Positions 9,390-22,459 of a DNA stretch of 63,502 nt are shown piece by piece. The stretch comes from Paraglomus brasilianum (Eukaryota): contig CAJVPI010000059.1 in assembly GCA_910592345.1 (NCBI GenBank), positions 1 to 63,502 of the forward strand, written 5' to 3'. A model generated the notes under the pieces. The model did not search any database. It was not told the origin of the DNA and saw only the letters and a list, made by a program, of their open reading frames with translations. Positions within the stretch are counted from its first letter, which is position 1. Each line of letters opens with the position of its first letter. A program made the position numbers and the translations under genes.

Positions 9390-12300
9390 TACAAATAAAC
9401 GGAAAAAAAATACATATTTACTTCTAGTTTTACAGTAAAAACACCATTAGTATTAGCTACTGTCTGCGTTTGGCAACTTTACGATTGGCAGTTTCAAAAA
9501 AATACCGATTTCTTAAAGAAAATTTTCAACACGGAATTAAAATCCGGCCTTAATTTTTTCCTCATCAGCTTTCGGTATAATTTCTTCATCAAATGCATAT
9601 TCATTGCTAACCTATTATTAAGTGACATTACTGAAATAAAACTCATCGTTTATTATGTTGGTTGAGTGATTTAGTCTTTAGCCTAATCTCGTCTGATTTT
9701 TCTGAACGAAAACGACTCTTTCAGTGATAGCCCTGCAAGAAACTATATCAGAACAACAACTGGAGTTTAATTGATAGATTGCTTTGGCTTAATTAATTAA
9801 TAACATGCTTGGCCATCTGTTTACAGAAAAATGAACAAGATTAAAGGCTAAAAATTTATCCACTTGTTTATTATATTCTGGATAAACTCCAGCTGTTAGT
9901 TGTTGAACTGTCAACTAGTTGTTATTTTTGCACACTGTAAATGGTCGTCTTATATTTGTCTCAATGAACTATTATTATGATTGTCCTTGATATTGTGTGT
10001 ACATGAAATTAACTGAGAATTTTTTAAATTCTGAAAGCTGGATAATACTGTATGTGGTCTATATGCAAGTAATAGTAATCCTATACAATAATTTAACAAT
10101 CGCATAAAAAAACTCCAACATATGTAATCCCCATGAAATGCACCCTCCGCCAGTTTCAGAAGGTAGATTTTGATTTATACCTGGGTACTAATATAATAAC
10201 AATATTTTTTGCCTTTTGATTTGTAGCTCATTCTGTATTTTTCTGTTGAAAGTACATAGATACACACTTAGCATAATGATCAATACATACATAAGCCAAT
10301 TACATTGACAATAATCAATGGTCAAAGTTCATTGAAAATACTGTGCATTGAGGTGGATGTAACATAGGACCATTGAAAAGTTACTTACATAAACGATTGA
10401 TATTGAATTGGTTCTATTTGTAAGGGGAAGTGGCTATTCCCAAATATTATCGCTTGTAACTACATCACACTTTTTTCTCGGACAGATGTACCCTGATCAA
10501 TACGGTGTACCCCCCTACTACAGGAGCACCCAGGACAGGAAATCAATTAGGGAAATACCCCGGGTACATATGTTGGAGTTTTACGGTAACCTTGATGACT
10601 AAAATGTATGCTGCAATTGATAACTCAAAATACTGCGTACTGTATAAGTTTCATGTAGGTGGAACGGGATCATGTGTGTTGTATTACGACGTATATGTTC
10701 TTATAATAACTTGATATTAATGTTATTAGTATAATATATAAACTGCTGTTACAAGTTTTTGTTAAGGTTAAAACTGTAGTAATAAAAAGACAATTAATTC
10801 TTATTGTTATGCCAAAAGTCTTATGTTATTATTGTACTAGTATATTAACTACCGAAGAGTCAATGATAGCCAGCAGCTATGATTGCGACTTGAATCCCAT
10901 TCCGCACATACGATGTAGATGACGCATATCGTACAATGATACATATATATTTTTATGAATGGCAATTGACGTTTGTCCAAATGCTTGGATAAAAAAAAAT
11001 TTTTTTTTCTTATCAAGATTCCGACCTCTTTTTTTAACACTAACCGTAACCCTTTGTCTTTACGTGTTCGGAAATGATTGACCCCTAGTTGTGTCATCCT
11101 ATCCAAAATAGAAAACACAGTGAAAATGTAGTGACCAATAAGAACATGCCATGTAATCCGATTTACCATTGAACCCTAGAAAAGGAGATAGACTGCAGAT
11201 CAATTATATGTCAGCGTCTTATCTCAATCTATTTAGTGAGTAGAGAGAACTGGTCATTATAAAATAACCCTTCGTCCGCGCCATTAGAAAGTTCAAACTC
11301 CCAAAAAGTTTTTTGCCACTATAAACATCTAATCGTCAAAAAAATTTTTACTCAAAAGCTGAAATGCACACACCCATAGTGTTTTACAATACCACACTTT
11401 GCTCCTTCCACCTCGGGTCTACAAAACTTACTCGCTTCATACGAAATTTAACTGTAGGCCCGCAGATGAACTACGATTCGACACTACGCCCAATTGCTTG
11501 CGATCCAGCCCTTCGGCAATCGGTTGGCTATTACAACACCACGCGATTCAGCATTTGGCTGGGCAGCTATTAACCGCTGTTTCGACAATCGGTTAGTTAT
11601 TACAGCACAACCTCCGATTGCCTGCGATTTAGCCAGTTGGCGATCAGGAATGGAGAAAAGTTTTGAGGGGTGTTGTTTTCAGGGAGAGGGAGACCAAACA
11701 CAGTACAATTCATTTGAGACTATCATAATAGGAAAGGAAGTGGTCAGGGGAACTTTGCAGTGTGTCAGATGGATGGGAAAATGTATTGGAAAGCTGATTA
11801 GATAATTCCGCATAAAATACCTGTACTTTAATCTTGTAAATTTTATATAATAATGTATATTTTATTGTAAGAAAATTTTGTATAAATAAAAATCTATTGT
11901 ACCAGTGATGGATAAACGATATGAAAAGTTTTTTATTACAGTACTGATTATGCACTATTGTCAAATCAATTAATTATACTGTTGTTACGAGGTTTACAGT
12001 AACGATATATATTATCAGTATTGTATAAAAGCACTGAGATAAAGACTTCCAAGTATTTATTAGTAGTGTCTGTTATTTTGGAAGCAACAATGTATAATTG
12101 ATTTCGTAAGCCACCATTTATGTATTCTTTATGTAATACGAGTACGCTGCTATAATCTACTAGACAGAGATCATTTGCGGAATGCTGTTTCTTTGAATAA
12201 TTTCCTTTTGTTATATGCAATGCTTCAGCCTTCTCTGTGCAGTTCTGAAATAGTCAAGAAACTACTTCTGCGCTATTTCACATGTAATCTATTGATGTTA

Positions 12301-12409
12301 TTCACACCAATGTAAAATTTACTCAGTTGCAAGTAAGAAACGTAACTTATCTCATTGGTTGAATAGTTTTATTAACAATTGATCGTAGAATATTATTAAG
12401 TATAAGGTA

Positions 12410-13220
12410 TAGTGCTCGGACTAAAAGTGAGTGATCACCCAGAAATTTTGCAGATCGAACGTTAAAAGTGACCCATACAGTATATGATCACTAAAACAGT
12501 TGGCCATGGTGCAATAAGTAAACTTGTTTGCAATAACTGTGCTCATGTGTTTTGTAAGTTTCACAGACTTGTATAAATGTTGAGCGAAAAATAAAGGCTT
12601 ACGTCGAAGTTAAAGATTTACGAAATTTTATGTCAGAACTTTAGTTATTATTATAATGCAAGTCAAAGAAGTTAATTGTAATACATCATTGCATCCTTAA
12701 GTGAACACATTCGGCATATTTCAGAATACAAAGATTTCGTTTAGATTCCATTGAATACTATCCAAAATGTAAAATTTTCTCAATTTGAAGTCTTTGTAAT
12801 TATATATTATTCCAATACTAAAATTTGTAGTGCTTTGTACTTGCAATGTTAATATGGTTTCTTATAGTTCAATTGTTTACTCAATGAAATCCAAACCAAA
12901 TCGTCAGAAATTTTATATTCATATATTTTGAAATATGCCGAATGTGTTCACTTAAGAATGCGATGATGCATTATAATTAACTTCTTTGACCTGCACTATA
13001 ACTAAAGTTCTGACATAAAATTTCGTAAATCTTTATCTTCGACGTAAGCCTTTATTTTTCGCTCAATATTTATACAAAGTCTGCACACAGTTATTACAAA
13101 CAAGTTTACTATTGCATCATGGCCAACTGTATTAGTAAAAATTTTACTTCACATATGAGCAACTATTAGCGGTTGATCAGCGAAATTTCGTAGTGACCAC
13201 TCACTTTTGTCCAGGTACTG
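12410..13220. mobile_element. Tc1-like foldback non-autonomous element with ~340-bp inverted arms
   Basis: Ends TA|TAGTGCTCGGACTAAAAGTGAGTG ... CACTCACTTTTGTCCAGGTACTG|TA. Long arm matches include AAATAAAGGCTTACGTCGAAG / CTTCGACGTAAGCCTTTATTT and CTTAAGTGAACACATTCGGCATATTTC / GAAATATGCCGAATGTGTTCACTTAAG. Confidence 0.85.
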
Positions 13221-13339
13221 TAGACTGGCAAAGTTAAAGTTCTTACTAGTCAAAATTTTATTAACCTGTTTATAACTTTTGATATTCAGAGTTAATATTT
13301 AGATGCAATCCTAATAGAAAAACGGTTGCAAAATTGAAT

Positions 13340-14185
13340 TGGGGACACAAGTGCGTATCAAATTGTTTCAATTTTCAAGGGGAAATCATTACTAAAAATG
13401 TCAATAATCAACTATATTAATTTATTCAAAAATCGTTTCAGGAACCGTTCTATGACTTTTATACACGTATTTTTTAATGGCAAATTCTGCCTGTCGTAAT
13501 CCATAAATCGTTTGGACCTTACTGCATATTTTCGTATTGTCTGTAGAGAAATAGAATCAAATGCAGATGGAAGAGTTTCCTTTGAACCATTCCAAGTGTG
13601 ATCGCAATGTTGTTGTGTATATCGTTTAGCAGCGCTCCAATATTTCTCAATGAAATTTAACTCAGGATGGAATTTGGAATAGAAGATAACTTTGTGGCCC
13701 ATGCTCTCAATTACCTCTTGGAGTAGCGGTTTGTTAGCTTTGAAATCATCTTGCGCTGCAAGAATATGACGCGCACAACAATTATCATTCGTTACAATCG
13801 TTTGTTTTTTCACACCACAGAATGGTCTAATCTATTATCATTCCATTATATATCATTCCATTCATACACATAAAATTCACTACAATCGCATTGTCTGTAA
13901 TCATTAATAAAAACATTTTCGGGATAAGGCCTTAAGAAAATAGGCCAAATTTAAGACAAATTTTACCAGAAAAGGCTGTTTCAAATTTCTGCTCACTATA
14001 TAAATTAACTAAACTTTGAGCAGTTATATCTCAAACCACATGTAGCATTTTCTAAACATAATTTGTTAAAACTTATCAAGAACAAATTGGCGTTCTTAAA
14101 ATTTGAATTATTAATACAGTAATGCTTGTATCATTGTTTGAAATGTATCGACTTTTGTTTGATGCGTACTTATGTCCCCACCATA
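13340..14185 (-). mobile_element. Internally deleted IS630/Tc1-mariner-type transposon retaining the transposase C-terminus (ORF 13412-13813)
   Basis: Peptide CCARHILAAQDDF...GHKVIFYSKFHPELNFIEKYWSAAKRY, typical of fungal DDE_3-type transposases. Flanking inverted repeats TGGGGACACAAGTGCGTATCAAA (13340) / TTTGATGCGTACTTATGTCCCCA (to 14180). Confidence 0.8.
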
Positions 14186-14844
14186 CAAAAATCGCCGTTC
14201 CTTAAAATTGTGATTTTAAAACAAAAGGGGTAATTGGCGAATTTGGATCTATTACCAAAAAATTACGCCTATTTTAGTGACTTTTTATTGCTCTCGCTTT
14301 TTGAGCCTCGACTTTTGTTTCTTTTCGCTAATCTAGCATTTGTACAATGTAAGTAAAACGCGGTGGATTTAAAAAATGAAAACACAATAGACACGTATAT
14401 ATAACGTACATACAATTTTGCATGTAATTACTTTAATAAAGTATAATTAGTGATGACTATAAATCTTGTTTTTGATCATAATCGACTCCATGCATTATTA
14501 TTATAATAATTTTGTAATTTGCCAAATTATCCCCGTCTACCTTATATGGGGTTAATATATTAATTTTAAATAAATGTATAAGTTATCAATTATACTTCTT
14601 GTAATTCCTGTTTAATAAATAAATATTAGCAGTATAAGTATTGGTATTGGTTTTTATAAATAATTTGCATTTATTATTATATATTTACATGATCTGAATA
14701 AACAACCATTTCTTTTTAGTTTCGCCAATTCTCCGGTAGGCAACATTCTACTAAAGTATTCGCTGTTTTCCTTATAGATAGTATACCACTCATTCATGCA
14801 TGTTCTTGAATTAATCAATTATCTAATATGCCTTATAATCTCAG

Positions 14845-15535
14845 AAACGTCTGGGCGATTTTTCAGGTTCAGAATTACAACATGCCCCCCCCCCCGCAAG
14901 GCTTTCATATGCCACTGGTGGAATAAGGCATTGGTTGTAGCTCTTTACAAAATTGCATTGCTAAATAATAATCTTCAAAAGGCGGGTTACCACTGGCAAT
15001 TTGATACCTCAAAATACCAAAATAGTAGGCAAATGGTTGACATGTCTAATTTAAAAGAATTTACTAGTTGACACTGTCTTAGATCACAGATAATTAAATA
15101 AACATAGTCTTCTTCTCCAAACTCGCTGTGCATGAATCCTGCAGCATGTATATTTTGCAACTGTTTTAATTTTATTTTCCATGTCTAGTAACTAACTTAT
15201 CGGTTCAAATAAGAAAAAAGGTTGCCATTATTAGCAGCTTTTATTACAACGTTGTCCTTTTTCTAGATGTCGTAATCTCAGAAATTATTGACATTTTGCA
15301 TAGCATCAACCTGTGTTTAAAAATAAAGAATAAAATTTAGTAACAGGTGACTTAACTACACTAATATTTATATTAGCTTGCTTACTTCAGTAATAAATTA
15401 TGATATTGTTTGATTTGGAGTTTCAAATCACTTTAAAGCAGCACACTTTGAATCATTGTAGTTTGCAGTATAAACCATGTTAGCCAAACTCTTTAATGCC
15501 AGTTATTGTGTCAAATGGGAGATCATACTCGATTT
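14845..15535 (-). pseudogene. Tyrosine-kinase-like (TKL) protein kinase pseudogene
   Basis: Degenerate subdomains in order: VYTA...AALK...FITE|GT intron, ANNGNLFSYL, LQNIHAAGFMHSE, IICDL, YFGIL...ASGNPPFE...LAMQFC...AYESL...CCNSEP..RP. Contains stops and deletions. Confidence 0.7.
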
Positions 15536-17738
15536 CATACCAAATTGAGCTTACGTTGTGGTAAAATACTAACGCTAAATAATAATTATGGGTTTGTGGG
15601 GGTAATGCCAATAATAATAATCCAAACATTACCAGGAGTTAATATTGTCGGGTAATCTGCAATCAATTACTGTTTACAGAATGTTTGTAATAATGTTAAT
15701 CGTTACTTTTAAGCCATTAATTACTTACAAAGAATATTAATTATATAACCTCATAAAAATCGAACGACTGAGCGTTCTCTCCGTTACGCATTATATATCA
15801 ATTTGAGCATAACTTCCGCGATATTGGTCTCATCCAATCGGCTGTGTGTGTGCATCCAATTGTAAGACGATGACATAATTTGGTTTAATGCTTGTGAAAA
15901 AGTAAGTAAAAAATTTGTTCAAACATAAATACACGAAAATTTTCGTTAAGAGCCATAAACATAACTACAGTTATGTTAAGTAGTGACGTATTCCTCGAAC
16001 GGTAAAGCCAAATGACCGCTCTTAGACAAGTTAGTTACGAATTCTGGATTTCTAATTAATCTCGCGTTGATTTCCACCGGTGGATAAAATCCGATTACCT
16101 ATCAGTAATTTTATATCAACATTAAACGCGCGTTTTGAACAATTGTATTTGCCAATTGGATAATCAATAGCACGATCGATTATTATCATTGATAAGGGAT
16201 TAAAGTTTTATCTTTCTATCGCTTCATACAATCTATTGTCGCTGGATAAATGCGTACCACGATTTATACGTATAAAATTGAGATGGTCCCTAAAATTCTC
16301 TTATCAACTACGGATAAGGCGTACTGTAACAATAAGCCCGTTATCATATAAACCCTCAAAGTTCCTATCCTGCTTTCTGATATCACAATCCCTTTGTAGT
16401 AGATACTACCCTTTGTAGCGTCGTTATAATTGTGTTTGCTATAAACTGTGTTGATAAAACATCTTGATTTGTTTAAAAGATGTCGTTGTAATGATATAGT
16501 TATAGCATTCTCGTTGTTAATTTAGAAAAGACAAATGGGATGTCGGAGGATGTGCCTCTGGGATTTTGAATATTGTTTATGGATGCAAAGACATGAATTA
16601 GTGGAACAGCCGAGTTTCCCGAGTCAGATGTATACTTCAGCGATATGGTTGTAGAAGAAGTGTGACAATCGATGCCACAAAACTAGCGTTAGTTGTAAGA
16701 ACAATTGAATTGTGTACTTTTGTTAATATTACTATTACATAAAACATTGCACAGCCGCCGCCATGGGTTTCACAATCCGATAAGAAAAATTTTTAGAGCT
16801 CGTCTCAATTTGGGGGTTTATATACTGCATGTAAACTTTTCGCTATAAGCCAAGTCTCTCTCAGATCCAGGGTTGTACCCACATTGAAGTTGAGTTGTCT
16901 TCGTTGCCCTGTCTGTTATTATTAAGTCTCATAACTACAGCTAAAAAGGGAGCAAACGAAGGACAAATAGATTGTAACCAAACATGCTTTGTGGTCAAAC
17001 CTAAAAATCGTATTGCTAGCCACAAATGCGGCTAACCATAATAATCTACATTGTTTTTTGGGGACGTCCCCCAACCAAACATAAAATAGTTGAACTTTAT
17101 CCAAATTATAACAAGTCCACACATTGTGAATATAGTTCTCGTAGAAGCCTATGGGCTAACGACGAATTGATGATTGAATATTGAGATGAGGGAGAGAAGG
17201 TTTGATGTCCGATGACGTAACAAAAATATCGGAGTTCTGCACGTGTCAGACCTGCATTTAACAATAATGTAAGATGGAAATCATAAAAAAATTCATGAGG
17301 CATTGCAGTATTGTCTACCTATTACTATTATTCAACACTTGGTATTACTTCATATTACAAGCATTAGAGGAAAAAAAAAAGCAACAGCCTGATTTTTAAA
17401 GACATCGTTTGCATTGTATAACTATGTCGCCACAATGATGTGCATCACAACGACATGAATGATGTCAGGACGCTTTTGATTGGTGTGATACCTACTAACA
17501 GACATAGGAAAGACGCTTACGTTTTGACAAATAGTATCAAATAAAAAAAAAAGTATGAACTCAAAATTTTTTTTCACGACTATGCAATGCAGCAGATCCG
17601 GTCTCATGCGATAATAACATTAAAGCAACCGTTCTGAAAATTGATTACGAATAAAAAGTGGGGGTGAAAAGAACATATAATTTTAAACCCGACCTCTTCT
17701 CCAAAAACCACACACACTATCCATTCACACAAGAAACA

Positions 17739-19010
17739 ATGAACTTTGGCTTAGAACGCATCCATTTTCTACTCTCAAAACTCGAGAATCCGCATCTTCG
17801 CCTATCCGTAATTCATGTTGGCGGAACTAACGGTAAAGGATCCGTAACAGCCTATATAGACTCAATCCTTATAAAGGCCGGCTATAAAACAGGTCGATAC
17901 AACTCTCCTCACCTTCTCGAACCACGCGATTCAATCCGCATCAATGGCATACCCATCAATAAGGAATCTTACCAGCGCGTTCGCAACCGTGTCGAAACCG
18001 TCAATTCAGAGTCTGATATCAGGGCAACGTCTTTCGAGCTATTGACGGCAGTAGCACTATGCTGCTTTGATGCTGAGAAAGTATCGATTGCCGTCATTGA
18101 AGTAGGCCTAGGCGGCGCCAAAGACGCGACAAATGTATTTCCCTCGCCGCTCATGAGTATTATCACGGCCATCGGTATGGACCATATGGAAATATTGGGC
18201 GAAACAATAGACCTTATTGTCAAGGAGAAGGCCGGTATACTGAAGCCAAACGGTAAAGCAATTTTTGCCCCCCAAATTCCGGCGGTGCAGCAAATTCTGG
18301 TGGACTGTGCAATTAATATCGAATGCGATGAGTTTATTATCGTAAATGCTGCCACTTGGGTTAACGGTAATGTGCGCATGTATCTCGACGGCTGTTATTT
18401 CGACTTTCATATTCCGCTTCTCGGCGACTTTCAATTGGAGAATGTTGCAGCGGCTATAACAGCAATTCTTTCAATTCGTAAACATGTCAGCGAGTTTGCT
18501 TCAATCACCTATACTCACATCAAAGAAGGAGTAAGGGATACCAAATGGCCGGGAAGGCTTGAGTGGATCGACGTTTCGTCAGTGTTAGGCGGGAGCCATC
18601 AAAGAATACTAGTTGACGGTGCTCATAACATGCTAGCTGCATCTGCTCTTCGATCCTTTATTGATAAAGAGTTTGACGGGATTAAGCCAATTCATTGGAT
18701 AATTGGCATGAAAGACGGTAGAGATATCCCTGCAATGCTTAGATTACTTCTTAAAAGTCACGATTCAGTGTATGCCGTAATATTCTCCGACGTTGAGGAC
18801 ATGGCATGGATACACCCATGCAATCCGGATCTCATTGTAGATAGCGCAAAGGGGATCCATACTGACATGTTTGCGGAGTCGAGTGTAAATTTGACTGCTG
18901 CCCTCCAAAATGCAACAACGAGAAGCAAGAATGACGCTGGAATGATGGTTTTATGCGGAAGTTTATATCTTGTGGCAGATCTTTACAGATTACTGAAATT
19001 AGAAGCGTAG
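17739..19010 (+). CDS. FOL3: Dihydrofolate synthase (FolC/FPGS family, FOL3-type), intronless, 423 aa
   Basis: First ATG at 17739. Motifs MNFGLERI..LL..LENPH, IHVGGTNGKGS, YNSPHL, TSFELLTA, EVGLGGAKDATNV, IGMDH, EKAGI, WPGRLE, LVDGAHN, CGSLYLV. No disablements. Confidence 0.92.
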   Translation: MNFGLERIHFLLSKLENPHLRLSVIHVGGTNGKGSVTAYIDSILIKAGYKTGRYNSPHLLEPRDSIRINGIPINKESYQRVRNRVETVNSESDIRATSFELLTAVALCCFDAEKVSIAVIEVGLGGAKDATNVFPSPLMSIITAIGMDHMEILGETIDLIVKEKAGILKPNGKAIFAPQIPAVQQILVDCAINIECDEFIIVNAATWVNGNVRMYLDGCYFDFHIPLLGDFQLENVAAAITAILSIRKHVSEFASITYTHIKEGVRDTKWPGRLEWIDVSSVLGGSHQRILVDGAHNMLAASALRSFIDKEFDGIKPIHWIIGMKDGRDIPAMLRLLLKSHDSVYAVIFSDVEDMAWIHPCNPDLIVDSAKGIHTDMFAESSVNLTAALQNATTRSKNDAGMMVLCGSLYLVADLYRLLKLEA

Positions 19011-19063
19011 CTCACATGTCAATAAGTGTCATATTATGTTGCAACACATATAATATATTCGTC

Positions 19064-20789
19064 TTACCTTTGTCGGTTCAATTTTAAGTTTATGTCAATG
19101 GCTTTCGATCCTCCCATCCATGGCACCAATACTTCTAGTATATGTACTTTGCCCTCATGTATCTGAAAGTTCGCTAGAATTGCAATGATCATACGAGGTA
19201 CAGCTAATGCTGTACCATTCAGAGTAAGGGCCTATTCGCTATCGAGCGTTGGTATTATCGCTTTCTAAACTTTGACTGTTTATTGTCCTGCCAAGATATA
19301 ATGGTAAAAGGGCACAATTCCGCGTCCGTGCCCACGATAGTAATCTCGTGTATGAGTCTCAGTCTGTTGTCTTCTGCTACCTGTCGTCCTCAGCGTGAGT
19401 ACTGCCACCGCGGGACGAAGTTGGGCGGTATCTGATGTTAAGCCGTCGAGACTGATAATCCGTGCAATTAGATGCCGATGAAATCTAAAGCTGATATTAG
19501 TATACTAGCCTCACAAAATTTTACACATAGTGAGCGCACTCTCCATCGAGCCGTAACTTCTCCCTATCCATCACGCCCAGGCATCCATACTTCTATGTCG
19601 TACTTTCTGTACGCACTTGCTCCCAACTCCTGGTCGGCATATCTAATATCCTGGTTGATACATATCACAATTCGACTTTTCGTAATAATACTTTAGGAAA
19701 GATATTCAAGTTTGTAAGTCATATTTAAAAAATTGATGTGTAATGTGATGCAGAGGTGCCTTCAGAAGCTAGGTGTCTGAAACTTCATGTGAGATAAAGA
19801 TAAATCTGGTTGATGTACATTCTTTACCTATAACATAGTCCTGACTCTTCAAAATATCCTCTTGAATAAAATCTGATATCTTCGTGAATAGTTTCACTCT
19901 GTGCGGCAAATAATTCTACTTTGCTAAACCGATAAATTCTCTATAATCCTTTCGTATCATCCCCTCTAGCTCCTGCTTCGGCACGAAGAGTTCACCAAAC
20001 CCAACCATTTTTATTGGTAATTGTGATTCGGAGAGTAGTCTATTCGAATAACTCCCAGCTAATGGAACTTCGGCGGTTGGAGCCAACATCAATCGGGAGA
20101 TTGTCGTCCAGAAGGCGAAGAACATCCAGATGTGACAAAGTAGTTCCGAGATGCCTCGTGCGATCGAAGCTGAAAACCACATTCATAGCTGTATTCTGCT
20201 CTTACAATGTCTGTATTATCGGAGTAAAGCCTTTACTCATAACCTTTAACATAGTGTATTGGATTAGAGCTAATTCCAACAAAGCGCCAAGTCGACATTG
20301 CCAAGGTAATACCAGCTGCTGCAAGAACATTTGCAGCAGATTCAAGATCTATTAGATCCAAGCTACGGGAAATGACATGTGTTTTTTAATCTCAAACGGA
20401 TGAGTGGTTCTATCGATAGGTACTCCATGGTTTTAGTTATATGTGCCTTGGACTCACGCTTCCAGTACTAACTCGGTCTCTAGTTCCATTCTTTTAAGAT
20501 GTGCCTATTCAATTAAAGCCGAATGCTTCTCGCCTCTTGTCATTTGAGCTTGTTTGTACGTTGTTTCTCATACGATTGATATCTTTGACCTCAGCACGAA
20601 GAATTCGAACTTTATCATACAGGTTTACGACTTGTAAAAGTCCGCATCGTGGATAGTGTCACGAATATTCTGCTTGGATGAAGTGTTGAATGTGACTCCT
20701 CCTCTGAACCCTTGGGTGATACTATATGAAAACGACAAATGAGATTTTCATCAACATTAAACACAAAATAAGCAGCATTACCTAGACAT
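19064..20789 (-). pseudogene. DIA4: Mitochondrial-type seryl-tRNA synthetase (DIA4/SARS2-like) pseudogene
   Basis: ATG TCT AG|GT start at 20789. Motifs LAPTAEVPLAG, LPIKMVGFG, ELGASAYRKYDIEVWMPGR, SNCTDYQSRRLNIRY and TLNGTALAVPRMIIAIL (motif 3). Class II motif 2 is deleted (GFG joined to ELFV near 19993). In-frame TAG at 19566-19564. The N-terminal half is frameshifted. Confidence 0.85.
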
Positions 20790-21450
20790 CTACTGCACTC
20801 GAGAGAAGACTTGATCTAATAAATTGAATGGATCTTCGATAAAAATCAGGGTATTATTACACGTGCAATTTTTTGAATTTATGGAAAGCAGCCAATCGAT
20901 GATCGCTTATTATATTTAAGAGGGAGATCATTTTCTTCATTGGAAAGACGTGCTTCCAGGGGCCTGCTTAGTTAGCCTTGCGGTCTTAAAGAGTCTCTAT
21001 ATCGATAAGAGGAATTTCTATTACTCTTTCGCTTAGATTTATTGGCGATTATGATGATTGAAATGCATATTACCAGACAGAATATTACCGATATAAACGG
21101 AGTCAATCCGATAGTTAAAAGAAACAATACGGTATAATAAAAGAAATACCATTGACACTACATAAAAGCTGTGGCCGTGGGTGATTTCTATGTTGTTTTT
21201 TGGGGTTTTCAATATTTTCCAAACTAGGATCATTACTGCTTTAGTTGACGCCTTTCCCAATTTGGTTTATTGTGTACTGCATAATGATATTAATATGTAA
21301 GTCAAGATACACTGGAGAGTATGAGTTTACCGTGCATGCTAGGTTTTTATATATTATCAAGAATATAGTAATGGTTAGCTTTCCGAATGAGCGTACGATT
21401 TTTATAAGCTTTAATAATGCGCCCATTAGCCAATATAGTGTAATGAACTA

Positions 21451-22125
21451 CAGTAGGATGCAAAAGTATCCCCCCACTTCTAGTTCGGGACACGAATGAA
21501 TAAACGCTTTGAAAGTTTCCCGTATATAGTGTATAATAAACCCGGATCACTTGTAAAATTTCAGCTTGATCGGATGTCTCCAGCAAAATTTCTAAACACC
21601 AAAGTTTTTACCATGATAGATTTCGGGTTTCAACCAAATTTTGTAAAATTTTGTTTATTTTGTTCCTCTGCACCATCAAATTGCATTCACGTAATTTTAG
21701 AACAAATTACTGTGTGATTGCTACTACAAATACAAACAATTGTGCGGCATAATGATGCTTAAAAGATCGTTCATGTGTCTTGCCAAGTATATAGCGATTT
21801 CGACCACCACATCTAAAGAAATACGTAGGAATTGGTTTGATAAACAAAACAAAAAAAAAAAAAGATCCTGCAAATCAATTAAAAACATGTGAAGATATGA
21901 ATTTTTGAGTATATATTGAAATAACGATGTAGGGGTTTTAAATGGGTTTAAATGTTTTTCATATGTTTTAGAGGCAAATATTGTATGTTTGTAAATTTTT
22001 ACTGGAGACATCCGATCAAGCGAAATTTTACAAGTGACCAGGGTTTATTATACACTATATACAGAGAAACATTCAAGGCTTTACTCATTCGTGTCCCGAA
22101 TTAGGGGTACTTTTGCATCCTACTG
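21451..22125. mobile_element. Tc1-like MITE with ~150-bp TIRs
   Basis: TA|CAGTAGGATGCAAAAGTA...TTCGGGACACGAATGA...TATATAGTGTATAATAAACCC...CTTGATCGGATGTCTCCAG, mirrored at the right end, which finishes TTTTGCATCCTACTG|TA. Confidence 0.88.
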
Positions 22126-22459
22126 TAAGACAGTAAGCTTAATTATTTCGATATTGACTTGAAATAAATGATTGCATCGCAATTCGTCAACAAAAATGCC
22201 TGTTGATCCAGTATTCCATACATATAGGGACACTTTATCGGCTCTGGTGGTTTGGAATTGTCTACGTGGTACGTACGTATATTACAAACTCTTTAGCAAC
22301 ACATACTCACGTAATAGCCTAACAATTTTAATTCTTATCGATAATATCCAAAGCTCTGTTGTCATCTTACTACAGCTACTGATACTAACAGCATACTTTT
22401 ATGTCTATCAGCAATAGTGCTATAACGACTATCCACCCACCCTCGTAAACTACAGCAAC

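Noticed and set aside
10140..10440. Ulp1-like protease remnant on the minus strand (DH*LL...QNLPSETGGGC)
   Set aside because: Only two weak motif echoes, which is not enough to call.
10482..10573. Short inverted repeat ACAGATGTACCC / GGGTACATATGT
   Set aside because: Only 12 bp with a mismatch and no TSD, so it could be chance.
16200..17060. Epoxide hydrolase-like remnant on the + strand (PPPWVS...GGL)
   Set aside because: No catalytic motifs recoverable.
17658..17738. GTG-initiated 27-aa extension of FOL3
   Set aside because: Eukaryotic gene. Family similarity begins at the first ATG (17739), which has an A-rich context.
17969..18434. Antisense ORFs inside FOL3
   Set aside because: Shadow ORFs of the real coding strand, with no recognisable motifs.
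5112..20789. SER1, FOL3 and SerRS as a serine/one-carbon gene cluster
   Set aside because: The genes are separated by unrelated RAE1, a kinase remnant and transposons, and two of the three are dead. Chance linkage is sufficient.
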